64,000 nucleotides of DNA from Sphingopyxis sp. (GTDB lineage: Bacteria; Pseudomonadota; Alphaproteobacteria; Sphingomonadales; Sphingomonadaceae). The position numbers were made by a program, and so were the translations under genes. The stretch spans positions 65,701 to 129,700 of the forward strand of contig JAIXHQ010000001.1 of the NCBI GenBank assembly GCA_030145715.1, read 5' to 3'. Shown here one piece after another: positions 55,083 to 64,000 of the stretch (position 1 is its first letter; the number at the start of each line of letters is the position of its first letter). Below the pieces are notes generated by a model. The model saw only the letters and a list, made by a program, of their open reading frames with translations. It was not told where the DNA came from and made no database searches.

Positions 55083-56077
55083 CCCAGAAAACCGCCGATC
55101 AGCTTGTCGGCGAACTCGCCGGATATTTTGCCCGGATGCTCGATGCCGTGCTGCCCGCGGGCAAGCTTGCGCTGGTCGATTTTCCCGATCATTCGAATGT
55201 CGGGGATTCCGCCATCTGGCTTGGCGAAATGGCCTATCTGCGCGGACGCGACCGCCTTCCCGCTTATTATTCCGCGATCGCCGATTTCGACGATGCCGCC
55301 TGCACCGCGGCGATCGGCGACGGGCCGCTCCTGATCCACGGCGGCGGCAACATGGGCACGCTCTGGCCCAAGCATGAAGCATTCCGCCTTCACCTGCTGC
55401 GCACCCATCGCGGCCGCCCGATCGTTCAGATGCCGCAATCGATTCATTATGCCGATCCCGCCGCGGCGTCGGAAATGGCCGACGCGATCCGCGACCATGG
55501 CCAGTTCACCCTGCTCGTCCGCGACGCCCGTTCGCTCGCCTTTGCCGAACGGCATTTCGATTGCGCGATCCGGCTATGCCCCGACGCTGCGCTGATGCTC
55601 GGCCGCCAGCAACGCGCGCCGGCGTCGGTCCCGATATTCGCGCTTCTGCGCACCGATCATGAACGCGCCGCCGACGATGCCGCGCTTCCGTCCGGCGTCG
55701 TCGCCGACGATTGGCTTGCCGAAGACAGCACCCAGAAACGGAACCTGCGCCTATCGCTGCGGCTCGGCCGCCTGTTCACCCGCGATCCGATGGCACAGCG
55801 CGCCGCGCGGCAACGGCGCCTCGCCGAATGGCGTCTGCGGCGTGGGCTGGCGATGCTGTCGTCCGGGGACATCGTCGTCACCGACCGGCTGCACGCGCAT
55901 ATCCTGTCGCTGTTGCTCGACATACCCCATGTGCTGCTCGACAACAGCTATGGCAAGGTGGCGGGCTTTGCCGATCAATGGACCGGCGATTATGCCGGGC
56001 TGATGCGCGCGACCAATCGCGCGCAGGCCTTTGACACCGCGCTGTCCTGCCGGTCGCCGCACATCGTCGACGGCTGA
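55079..56077 (+). CDS. Polysaccharide pyruvyl transferase
   Basis: HSNVGDSAI, HGGGNMG, QMPQSI, TDRLHAHI, DNSYGK. Confidence 0.92.
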   Translation: MTQKTADQLVGELAGYFARMLDAVLPAGKLALVDFPDHSNVGDSAIWLGEMAYLRGRDRLPAYYSAIADFDDAACTAAIGDGPLLIHGGGNMGTLWPKHEAFRLHLLRTHRGRPIVQMPQSIHYADPAAASEMADAIRDHGQFTLLVRDARSLAFAERHFDCAIRLCPDAALMLGRQQRAPASVPIFALLRTDHERAADDAALPSGVVADDWLAEDSTQKRNLRLSLRLGRLFTRDPMAQRAARQRRLAEWRLRRGLAMLSSGDIVVTDRLHAHILSLLLDIPHVLLDNSYGKVAGFADQWTGDYAGLMRATNRAQAFDTALSCRSPHIVDG

Positions 56078-56147
56078 CCGGACGTCCCCGGACCGACGGG
56101 GCCAGCCCGCGCGGCTGGCGCGGGCGGCGCGCGGCGCGCGGCGCGGG

Positions 56148-57536
56148 TCAATAGGCGTTGCGGTGAACCAGCACCTGCGCCGTGCGCGCAAGGATCGATA
56201 TATCGCGCAGCAACGACCAGCCATGCTGATATTCCAGGTCGGATTCCAGCCGGTTGACGATGTCGCGCCGCGTGTTGGTGGCGCCGCGAAAACCGCGAAT
56301 CTGGGCCAGGCCGGTGATCCCCGGCTTCAACGCATGGCGATGCCAATATTGCCGGTCGACCCGCCAGAACAGCTCGTTTCCGGCCGTGGACCCCAGCGCA
56401 TGGGGGCGCGGCCCGACCAGGCTCATCTCGCCCGACAGCACATTCACCAACTGGGGCAGTTCGTCGATGCTCGTCGCGCGGATCAGGCGGCCGACGCGCG
56501 TGATCCGGTCGTCGTCGCGGCTGGCGGATCGGCTGCCGTTCGCATCGGTCGTCTCGACGCGCATACTGCGGAACTTCAGGATGCGGAAAATCCGGTTGCC
56601 GCGTCCCATGCGTTCCTGCCGGAAAAATACCGGGCCGGGCGAATCCAGCTTGATCGCGATCGCGACCAGCACCAACAGCGGCGACAGCAGGACCAGCGCT
56701 GGGATGGTGACGGCCAGGTCCAGCGCGCGCTTCTTCACCCGGTTGGCGCGGTTCAGCGGGCCCCACGATACCACCAGCGTCGTCACCCCGCCCCGCTGCC
56801 GCGTGGTCAGCGGGCCAAGGTCGGCGATCTCCGGCATCACGATTTCGCCCAGGATGTTCACGCCCTTCAGCGCGCGGGCCCATTCGGCGCGCCGCTCGGG
56901 CGTGCAGACGATCGTCACCCGGTCGTAATCCTGCAACACGGTGCCCAGGCGATCGAGCATATAGGGGTCGTCCAGATCGGTGCACAGGCCCGACGCCCGC
57001 GCGTCCAGTATCTCGCGGCCGAAATAGGCCGTGGGCAGGTTCGCGCCGTCGACGATGACCAGTTCCGCCGTCATATCGCCAAAGGCGCGGCGCACCATGT
57101 GACAGATAAACAGCCGCTGCCCGACCAGTAAGGCCATCGCGCTTACCATCCCCACCCCCAAAGCCAACCGCGGCACCTTTCCCGTCACCCGAAGCGAAAA
57201 GGCGACGAGCAAGAAGACGAACAAAGTGGTCGCGAACGACAATAGGGTCTGGCGACAGCTTTTGATCGGATGGGTCAGACAGCGTGGATTATAGGCCTGA
57301 TTCTGAAAGGCGATTGCGGCGTGGACGAACAGCGCCCCCAGCATCGCGGTCAACAGTCCGTCGGATATGCTGCGCGGCTGCTCGATCATCAGCGTCACGG
57401 CGAACCCGACAGCCAGCGCGACCGCGTCCAGCGCCATCAGGCTCAGGCAAAGCCATATCTTCGCATTGCGTCGCGCCACTTTTGCCAGCGGGGTTCGTAT
57501 GGGCGCGCCTTGGAGCGCCAGGTCGATCTTCGTCAT
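56148..57536 (-). CDS. Priming undecaprenyl-phosphate sugar phosphotransferase (WcaJ/SpsB-like)
   Basis: N-terminal TMs; KRALD, FFRQER.G, KFRSM, DELPQL.NVL.GEMSLVGPRP, KPGITGLAQ. Confidence 0.93.
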   Translation of the reverse strand: MTKIDLALQGAPIRTPLAKVARRNAKIWLCLSLMALDAVALAVGFAVTLMIEQPRSISDGLLTAMLGALFVHAAIAFQNQAYNPRCLTHPIKSCRQTLLSFATTLFVFLLVAFSLRVTGKVPRLALGVGMVSAMALLVGQRLFICHMVRRAFGDMTAELVIVDGANLPTAYFGREILDARASGLCTDLDDPYMLDRLGTVLQDYDRVTIVCTPERRAEWARALKGVNILGEIVMPEIADLGPLTTRQRGGVTTLVVSWGPLNRANRVKKRALDLAVTIPALVLLSPLLVLVAIAIKLDSPGPVFFRQERMGRGNRIFRILKFRSMRVETTDANGSRSASRDDDRITRVGRLIRATSIDELPQLVNVLSGEMSLVGPRPHALGSTAGNELFWRVDRQYWHRHALKPGITGLAQIRGFRGATNTRRDIVNRLESDLEYQHGWSLLRDISILARTAQVLVHRNAY

Positions 57537-57571
57537 GGGATGGGGGACTCCCTAGATTTACATTATAGTAT

Positions 57572-57586
57572 TGTTGCAATGCAACA
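57572..57586. promoter_or_regulatory. Perfect palindrome TGTTGCA-A-TGCAACA (PhaR-like) upstream of the priming transferase
   Basis: Read directly; about 35 bp upstream of the start codon. Confidence 0.6.
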
Positions 57587-57804
57587 TGACCGGAAAGGCA
57601 TGGAATACAAGCCTACCGCGCGAGTACGTGCCGGATACGAGATGATCCGTTCAACGATCGCAAAATCGATAGCGATTGGGAACAGATGATGCGCAGCATC
57701 ATCGTGTGGAGACGAAATGGCTGGCGCCGGCCAAAGTCCGTCGAACAGGATGACCCAATGATGTTGGCACCCGGCAAGCAAAACAAGTGCCCGACAGAAA
57801 CGGT

Positions 57805-57975
57805 CTAAAGCCCCAGGCGTTTCCAAAAGTCTTCGGCACTAAGACGCTCCGCTTCGGTATCGGTCCGCTCTATATGGTCATGGCGCCAGCTCGGGTGCGG
57901 CAGAGGCGGCACGCGAGCGTCCTTGTCGGTGTCCAGCACATCGGCCTGCCCACGGGACTCGCTCGTCATTTTCAT
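57805..57975 (-). CDS. Unannotated 56-aa small protein
   Basis: MKMTSESRGQADVLDTDKDARVPPLPHPSWRHDHIERTDTEAERLSAEDFWKRLGL. GGGAG is just upstream of the two ATGs, and an EcfG-type promoter lies upstream. Below the track's size cut-off. Confidence 0.6.
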   Translation of the reverse strand: MKMTSESRGQADVLDTDKDARVPPLPHPSWRHDHIERTDTEAERLSAEDFWKRLGL

Positions 57976-58025
57976 GGCTCCCAGGTCGATATTTAGGCCG
58001 CATTATGGAGGCGGTTCGCCCGTTG

Positions 58026-58050
58026 AACAGTTGCCGCGCCGGATCGTTCC
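58026..58050 (-). promoter_or_regulatory. EcfG-type promoter upstream of the 56-aa ORF
   Basis: Minus strand GGAAC-N16-TGTT. Confidence 0.55.
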
Positions 58051-58169
58051 CCGTTCACGATCTTCGCCCATAAAAAATTCTAAACCGACAAGCCGCGCCG
58101 TCTTGGCGTTCCCGTGCCGCGCGTAGACGGATATCGAACGAAAGCCACCTCGCCAGACGAGGTAGCCGA

Positions 58170-58727
58170 TCAGGCGCGCGGATTGCGGAAAAGCGGCAGC
58201 ATGCGGTGCAGGACTTCGTCCCTGTCGAAAAAATGATGCTTGAGCGCGCCCAGCACATGAAGGACAAGCACGACGTAGATCGCTTTGACCATCATCTTAT
58301 GGATGCTGCCGAGGTCATTGCCCAGCGCCTCGCTCTGCGGCAGGGGGAGATTGGGTGCTGGAATGGCTCCATAGAGCGGGACCTCGGGCGCACCCCCGGC
58401 GGACGCAGCCGCCCAGCCCATCAACGGCGCGCCGATCATCAGGACATAGAACAGGACGTGAGTCGACCGCGCCAGGACGCGCTCCCATGCGGCCATGGTG
58501 GCCGGAAAGGCGGGCCATGGATGGCCGATGCGCCAGCCGAGACGAAAGAGACTTAGCAGCAGGACCGTGATCCCCACCGATTTGTGAAGCTGGTAATAGC
58601 CGAGTTTGTCGGCATCGGAGGCGTCCTCCATCCAGCCGCCGAAGGTCGCATTAGAGATAATCAGAATGGCGATCGTCCAGTGCAGGACAATCGAGACGGT
58701 CGAATAGCGGCTGTGATGTTCGCGCAT
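58170..58727 (-). CDS. Cytochrome b561
   Basis: RYS...LHW, HKSVG, H..FY, P.MGW, H..GALKHHF..RD..L.RM. Confidence 0.92.
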   Translation of the reverse strand: MREHHSRYSTVSIVLHWTIAILIISNATFGGWMEDASDADKLGYYQLHKSVGITVLLLSLFRLGWRIGHPWPAFPATMAAWERVLARSTHVLFYVLMIGAPLMGWAAASAGGAPEVPLYGAIPAPNLPLPQSEALGNDLGSIHKMMVKAIYVVLVLHVLGALKHHFFDRDEVLHRMLPLFRNPRA

Positions 58728-58763
58728 GACGATCCTCCGGTTAAGACAGGCCCTTCGTCGTTC

Positions 58764-58788
58764 AATGCGCAAGCGCGGGCGGCGTTCC
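58764..58788 (-). promoter_or_regulatory. EcfG-type promoter upstream of cytochrome b561
   Basis: Minus strand GGAAC-N16-CATT, 37 bp before the ATG. Confidence 0.65.
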
Positions 58789-59020
58789 GGCCGGACGGCT
58801 GGCCTCGCCCTCACCCTCGCCGCCAGCGCCCAGCCACCGAACGCGCATCGCCGCGCCGTACAGAAAGGCGAACCGGGTGCTTGGTCCCGGCATTTCGATG
58901 AAACAGGCGGTTCCGGTGAAAGCTCCTGTCGCTCTGCCGGTCGAATGCAATGGCCCCTCAATGCCCCCTTGCGCATCGCGCCCGTCTTGCGTTTATGGCG
59001 ACATGATCGAGGGAGATTGC

Positions 59021-59521
59021 ATGCGCATTTTATCGCTGAACCCGATGCTCGCCGCGGCCGCCGTGTTCATCCTTCCGGCTGCTGCCCACGCCCAGCCAGC
59101 CGGCGCACCGCAAACACAGGGCACCGCCTATCTCAACAGCCAGATGGCCGCGCTCGCGGCCCGTCAGGGCGCGACCGGATGGCATGTGACGCCCAGCGGA
59201 CTGCGCTGGCGCCGGGTCGCTGGCGACGGCAGCGGCGCGAAACCGGGACCGCTCGACCGCGTTACCGTCCATTATGTCGGCACATTTGCCGACGGCAGCG
59301 AATTCGACAGCTCGATCCGGCGCGGCGAACCGACGACATTTCCGCTCAATCGCGTCATCCCGGGCTGGCAGGAAGGGGTTGCGCTGATGGGCGTGGGCGA
59401 CAGGGTCGAATTCGCCATCCCATGGCAACTGGCCTATGGTCCCGTTGGCCAAGGCCCGATACCAGGCGGCGCGACCTTGTTATTCACCGTCGAGCTGCTC
59501 AACGTCGAAGCTGCCGGCTAG
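59021..59521 (+). CDS. FKBP-type peptidyl-prolyl isomerase (exported)
   Basis: Signal peptide, VTVHY.G...DG.EFDSS, VIPGWQEG, LAYG, IPGGATLLF.VELL. Confidence 0.93.
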   Translation: MRILSLNPMLAAAAVFILPAAAHAQPAGAPQTQGTAYLNSQMAALAARQGATGWHVTPSGLRWRRVAGDGSGAKPGPLDRVTVHYVGTFADGSEFDSSIRRGEPTTFPLNRVIPGWQEGVALMGVGDRVEFAIPWQLAYGPVGQGPIPGGATLLFTVELLNVEAAG

Positions 59522-59575
59522 CATCCGGCAGCCGCGACGCGCGGACGAGCGGCGGACCGCTTATCAGGCGAAGCG

Positions 59576-61042
59576 TCAGCCCAGCGCCTTTTTCAACAAT
59601 TCGTTGACGACCTGCGGGTTCGCCTTGCCCTGCATCGCCTTCATCGTCTGGCCGACGAAAAAGCCGAACAGGGCTTCCTTGCCGCCCTTATACTGCTCGA
59701 CCTTGTCGGCATTGGCGGTCAGGATCTTGGCGATCTCGGCCTCGATCGCGCCGGTGTCGCTCGTCTGCTTCAGGCCGTCGCGTTCGACGATCACGCCCGC
59801 CGCGTCGCCGCTTTCCAGCATCTTTTCGAACACCTGCTTGGCGATGGTTCCCGAAATCGTTCCGTCGGCGACCAGGCCGAGCAATTCGCCCGCCTGCGCC
59901 GGACTGACCGGGCAATCCTCGAAGCTCTTGCCAAGACGGTTCAGCGCCCCGAACAACTCGCTCGACACCCAGTTCGCCGCCGCGGCCGGCTTCGCGCCGG
60001 TTTCGAGCAGCGCATCGAACCACAGCGCGCTCTCGACCTCGGCGGTCAGCACATCGGCATTATACGCCGAAATCCCCGCCGACAGGTAACGCGCGCGCTT
60101 GGCATCGGGCAGTTCGGGCAGGCTGTCGCGGCACTCCGCCAGAAACGCATCGTCGAGTTCAAGCGGCAACAGGTCGGGATCGGGGAAATAGCGGTAATCA
60201 TGCGCGTCTTCCTTTGACCGCATCGACCGCGTCTCGTTCCGGTCGGGGTCATAGAGGCGCGTTTCCTGCACCACGGTGCCGCCGCTTTCGATCAGTTCGA
60301 CCTGCCGCTTTGCCTCACCCTCGATCACCGCCATCACGAAACGGACCGAATTGACGTTCTTCGTCTCGGTGCGCGTGCCAAATTCGTCGCCGGGTTTGCG
60401 CACGCTGACGTTGACGTCGGCGCGCATCGAACCTTCTTCCATATTGCCGTCGCACGAACCGACATAGCGCAGGATCGAGCGCAGCTTGCGCACATAGGCC
60501 CCCGCTTCGGCCGGCGAACGCATGTCGGGGCGCGAGACGATTTCCATCAGCGCGACGCCCGAGCGGTTGAGATCGACGTAGGACATCGTCGGATGCTGGT
60601 CGTGCATCAGCTTGCCGGCATCCTGCTCGACATGGATACGCTCGATCCCGATGCGTTTGGCTTCGGGCAAACCCGCCTTTTCATCGGCCTCGATCGTCAG
60701 CGAACCTTCACCGACAAGCGGATGATAAAGCTGCGAAATCTGGTATCCCTGCGGCAGATCGGCATAGAAATAATTCTTGCGGTCGAACCGCGACCATTTG
60801 TTGATCTCTGCCTCGATCGCCATGCCCGTGCGCACCGCCTGGCGGATGCACTCACGGTTCGGCACCGGCAGCATGCCCGGCATCGCCGCGTCCACGAGGC
60901 TCACCTGCGTGTTCGGCTCCGCCCCGAACGCCGTCGCGGCGCCCGAGAACAGCTTGGCGTTGGAGGTGACCTGCGCATGGACTTCAAGGCCGATCACGAC
61001 CTCCCACTCGCCGGTTTCACCCTTGATGCGATAGTCGCTCAT
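59576..61042 (-). CDS. gatB: Asp/Glu-tRNA amidotransferase subunit B
   Basis: [46 protein letters not shown]. Confidence 0.98.
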   Translation of the reverse strand: MSDYRIKGETGEWEVVIGLEVHAQVTSNAKLFSGAATAFGAEPNTQVSLVDAAMPGMLPVPNRECIRQAVRTGMAIEAEINKWSRFDRKNYFYADLPQGYQISQLYHPLVGEGSLTIEADEKAGLPEAKRIGIERIHVEQDAGKLMHDQHPTMSYVDLNRSGVALMEIVSRPDMRSPAEAGAYVRKLRSILRYVGSCDGNMEEGSMRADVNVSVRKPGDEFGTRTETKNVNSVRFVMAVIEGEAKRQVELIESGGTVVQETRLYDPDRNETRSMRSKEDAHDYRYFPDPDLLPLELDDAFLAECRDSLPELPDAKRARYLSAGISAYNADVLTAEVESALWFDALLETGAKPAAAANWVSSELFGALNRLGKSFEDCPVSPAQAGELLGLVADGTISGTIAKQVFEKMLESGDAAGVIVERDGLKQTSDTGAIEAEIAKILTANADKVEQYKGGKEALFGFFVGQTMKAMQGKANPQVVNELLKKALG

Positions 61043-61043
61043 C

Positions 61044-62525
61044 TTACCACCACTTCTCGGCGCGGGCGTTGAAGCCTGCCCGCTCTTCAATAGCCAGCCC
61101 GGCGTTCAGCACGCCCTGCTCGTCGAACGCCTTGCCGATGATCTGGAGCCCCAGCGGCAGCCCTTCGCGGTTCAGCGCCGCGGGCACCGACATCGCGGGC
61201 AATCCCGCGAGGCTCGCGGGCACAGCGAACACGTCGTTCAGATACATCGACAGCGGATCGGCGGTCTTTTCGCCCAGCCCGAACGCCGCCGACGGCGCGG
61301 TCGGCGCAAGGATCACGTCGCAAACGCCAAAGGCCTGCTCGAAATCGCGCGCGATCAGCGTCCGCACTTTCTGTGCCTGCGTATAATAGGCGTCATAGAA
61401 GCCCGCCGACAGAACATAGGTGCCGATCATGATGCGGCGCTTGACCTCGGGACCGAAACCGTCGGCGCGCGTTGCGGCGTACATGTCCTGCAATCCCGCC
61501 TTTTCAGGCAGATCGCGCAAACCATAACGCACGCCATCATAACGCGCGAGGTTCGACGAGGCTTCGGCCGGCGCGATGATATAATAGGCCGGCAGCGCAT
61601 ATTTGGTGTGCGGCAGGCTGATGTCGACGACCTCGGCCCCCGCATCCTTCAGCATCGCGATGCCCGCATCCCACATCGCGTCGATGTCGGGATCGATGCC
61701 TTCGAGGCGATATTCCTTCGGAATACCGACCTTCTTGCCCTTGAGATCGCTCGACAAGGCGGCTTCCCAATTGGGCACAGCCATGTTCAGGCTCGTCGCA
61801 TCCTTCGGATCAAAGCCTGCCATATTTTCGAGCATGATCGCGCAGTCGCGGACATCGCGCGCCATCGGCCCCGCCTGATCGAGCGAGCTGGCAAACGCCA
61901 CGATGCCCCAGCGCGAGCAGCGGCCATAGGTCGGCTTGATGCCCGAAATGCCCACGAACGCGGCGGGCTGGCGGATCGAGCCACCCGTGTCGGTCCCTGT
62001 CGCTGCGGGGCACAGCCGCGCCGCGATCGCCGACGAACTGCCGCCCGACGACCCGCCCGGTGCGAGCGCGGCATTGCCGCCGTCGTTGCGCTTCCACGGG
62101 CTGATGACGTTGCCAAAGTAGGAGGTCTCGTTCGACGATCCCATCGCGAACTGGTCGAGGTTCAGCTTGCCGAGCATCCCGCAACCCGCGTCCCACAATT
62201 TCTGCGAAACGGTCGATTCATAACGCGGCACAAAGCCTTCGAGCATATGGCTCGCGGCGGTCGTCTGGACGCCGTTCGTCGCGAACAGATCTTTCATCCC
62301 GATCGGCACGCCTGAAAGCGGCTTCAAGGTCCCCGCCGCCCGGTCGGCATCGGCCGCCTTCGCCGCCGCGATGGCGTGATCGGGCGTCTCGACGATGAAC
62401 GCATTAAGCGCCTTTGCCCCCGCGACATTGGCGTTGAACGCCTCCGCCACTTCGACGGCGCTGAAATCGCCCGCGCGGTGCCCGTCGCGGATCTGTGCGA
62501 CGGTCAGGTTCGTGAGTTCGGTCAT
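61044..62525 (-). CDS. gatA: Asp/Glu-tRNA amidotransferase subunit A
   Basis: [47 protein letters not shown]. Confidence 0.98.
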   Translation of the reverse strand: MTELTNLTVAQIRDGHRAGDFSAVEVAEAFNANVAGAKALNAFIVETPDHAIAAAKAADADRAAGTLKPLSGVPIGMKDLFATNGVQTTAASHMLEGFVPRYESTVSQKLWDAGCGMLGKLNLDQFAMGSSNETSYFGNVISPWKRNDGGNAALAPGGSSGGSSSAIAARLCPAATGTDTGGSIRQPAAFVGISGIKPTYGRCSRWGIVAFASSLDQAGPMARDVRDCAIMLENMAGFDPKDATSLNMAVPNWEAALSSDLKGKKVGIPKEYRLEGIDPDIDAMWDAGIAMLKDAGAEVVDISLPHTKYALPAYYIIAPAEASSNLARYDGVRYGLRDLPEKAGLQDMYAATRADGFGPEVKRRIMIGTYVLSAGFYDAYYTQAQKVRTLIARDFEQAFGVCDVILAPTAPSAAFGLGEKTADPLSMYLNDVFAVPASLAGLPAMSVPAALNREGLPLGLQIIGKAFDEQGVLNAGLAIEERAGFNARAEKWW

Positions 62526-62827
62526 TATTCGATTACCTTGGGGACGCCGAAAAAGCCGTGCTGCGGCGCGGGCGCATTGGCCAGAATATCGTCGCGGCGA
62601 TTGCCGCCAGTCAGCGGGTCGGCGTCGATCACATCGTCGCGCAGCCGCAGCCTGTTGGGGATCACGGCCGTCATCGGTTCGACCCCGGTCACGTCGACCT
62701 CGCCAAGTTGTTCGACCCAGCCGAGGATACCGTTGAGTTCGCCTTCCATCGCGGCGGCTTCGGCATCGCTGATCGCGATGCGCGCCAGCGACGCTATTTT
62801 CCTGACCGTTGCCTGATCGATTGTCAT
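62525..62827 (-). CDS. gatC: Asp/Glu-tRNA amidotransferase subunit C
   Basis: [17 protein letters not shown]...[10 protein letters not shown]; in an operon with gatAB. Confidence 0.96.
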   Translation of the reverse strand: MTIDQATVRKIASLARIAISDAEAAAMEGELNGILGWVEQLGEVDVTGVEPMTAVIPNRLRLRDDVIDADPLTGGNRRDDILANAPAPQHGFFGVPKVIE

Positions 62828-62891
62828 CTATTTCGCCTTTGCGGGAGAAGCAGCGCCGCTAGCATCCCGCCCCGCGCGCTTCAAGCCGTGC

Positions 62892-64000
62892 CTATTCAAA
62901 CGTAGCCGATTCCGGCACGCCGTCGATCACAATCCGACGTTGTTGCACGGTCTCGATCGTTATTCTCGCCGTCGACAGGTCGGGTTTCGCCCGCGCCGAC
63001 GAGGCCTCGCTGGCCCTGTCGCCCTGAACCCAGCGTCCTTGCGCATTTCGCGTCACGAAATCGAACATCGTCGCTTCGCCCGGCGCACCCTGTCCCAGAA
63101 CACCGATCCTGTCGTCGTTCAACCACACCGCCACGCACGCCCCGGCGCGGCTGCACATATAGCTGCCCGAAATACGCTCCGACGCCTCGGCGGGCAGCGC
63201 GCGGTCGGCGGGGATCACGCGCAGCCGTTCGGCAAAGGGCTTGAGGAGCATCGGTCCCTTTGGACCTGTCAGATCCCATCGGTTCGTCGCCGCCAGCGCC
63301 GCCTTTGCCGCGTCGGCGCGCGCTTTCGGCGGCGAGCGCGTCATATCCTGCAATGCCGCGCGTCCGGTCGGCCCGAAATCATAGGCCATCGCCGCCCAGT
63401 CGAATTTTTCGACCGGCGTTGCCCCCGATTTCAGGCGCGCAACCTGGTCGCGCGTCGAAATCGCCCCGAAATCGACGATCGGCAGGGCAAGGAACAGGGC
63501 GAGAAGCGCCAGCCCGATCGCCAGCCTTTGCTGCAAGGGCCGCAGCAGGTCGTCGAAATCGCGCCGCCCCTTCACCACCGCCCACAGGCCCGCGATGCCA
63601 TAGGCCAGCGCGATGGCCGCCGCGACCACGCCCCATATGCGCTCGGGAGTCCAGCCATATTGGCTGATCCGCAACAGCATCGAATAACCGGCGATCGCCG
63701 CCAGCGGCAGCACCGCCACCGCAAGCACAGGCGCCGCCCCGCGCAGCACCGGATTGGTCGCGCGGTCGTCGGCGCCATTGCCGATCACGGCATTGGCAAG
63801 CAGCACCGCGAACGCTGCCGCCCCCATCATCACCGCTGCGGTCGAAAATCCGGACGCCCAGAGCGCCTGCATCCCCGTACCGACAAGCGACAGCAGGAAC
63901 AGGATGAGCGCGGCGGCCAAAACCGGCGCCAGCACGGCCAGCACGATCATGACCAGCCGCTGCAACGTCGCGACCAGCCTGTCACGCTCGCGCAGCAGGC
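62892..64000 (-). CDS. Multi-pass membrane protein (DUF4153-like), 5' end outside the window
   Basis: LRISQYGWTPER motif and several TMs; the frame continues past the window end. Confidence 0.7.
   Translation of the reverse strand, partial: LLRERDRLVATLQRLVMIVLAVLAPVLAAALILFLLSLVGTGMQALWASGFSTAAVMMGAAAFAVLLANAVIGNGADDRATNPVLRGAAPVLAVAVLPLAAIAGYSMLLRISQYGWTPERIWGVVAAAIALAYGIAGLWAVVKGRRDFDDLLRPLQQRLAIGLALLALFLALPIVDFGAISTRDQVARLKSGATPVEKFDWAAMAYDFGPTGRAALQDMTRSPPKARADAAKAALAATNRWDLTGPKGPMLLKPFAERLRVIPADRALPAEASERISGSYMCSRAGACVAVWLNDDRIGVLGQGAPGEATMFDFVTRNAQGRWVQGDRASEASSARAKPDLSTARITIETVQQRRIVIDGVPESATFE

Overview
GC-rich alphaproteobacterial chromosome segment, probably from a sphingomonad (inferred from gene content). 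Bases 1-11753 carry one uninterrupted minus-strand ORF of at least 3,917 aa. The ORF track misses it because its stop codon lies outside the window. It encodes a giant LapA-like RTX adhesin with an N-terminal retention-like module, many Ig-like repeats, a vWA/MIDAS domain and RTX nonapeptides. Downstream of the RTX repeats sits a FrpC/ApxIVA-type Asp-Pro self-processing module, which suggests a covalent 'grappling hook' adhesin; this is the main finding. Next come a divergent PilZ gene, an acyl-CoA dehydrogenase remnant, a lactone oxidase plus PLP-enzyme pair, bphO with a bacteriophytochrome (HWE-REC), a PAS hybrid kinase, AsmA, tRNA-Trp, DMT, GST, DnaJ-like, glcB, a WYL-like gene, a GGDEF gene and an M20-astA-astB operon. 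A ~24 kb Wzx/Wzy-type acidic polysaccharide cluster follows (33.7-57.5 kb); its promoters share a TGC-N3-GCA palindrome and it contains an apparently catalytically dead ALDH. The window ends with an unannotated 56-aa ORF and a cytochrome b561 gene (both behind EcfG-type promoters), FKBP, gatCAB and a partial membrane protein. No mobile element or CRISPR array was seen. All calls come from manual reading and motif recall; no database searches were run.
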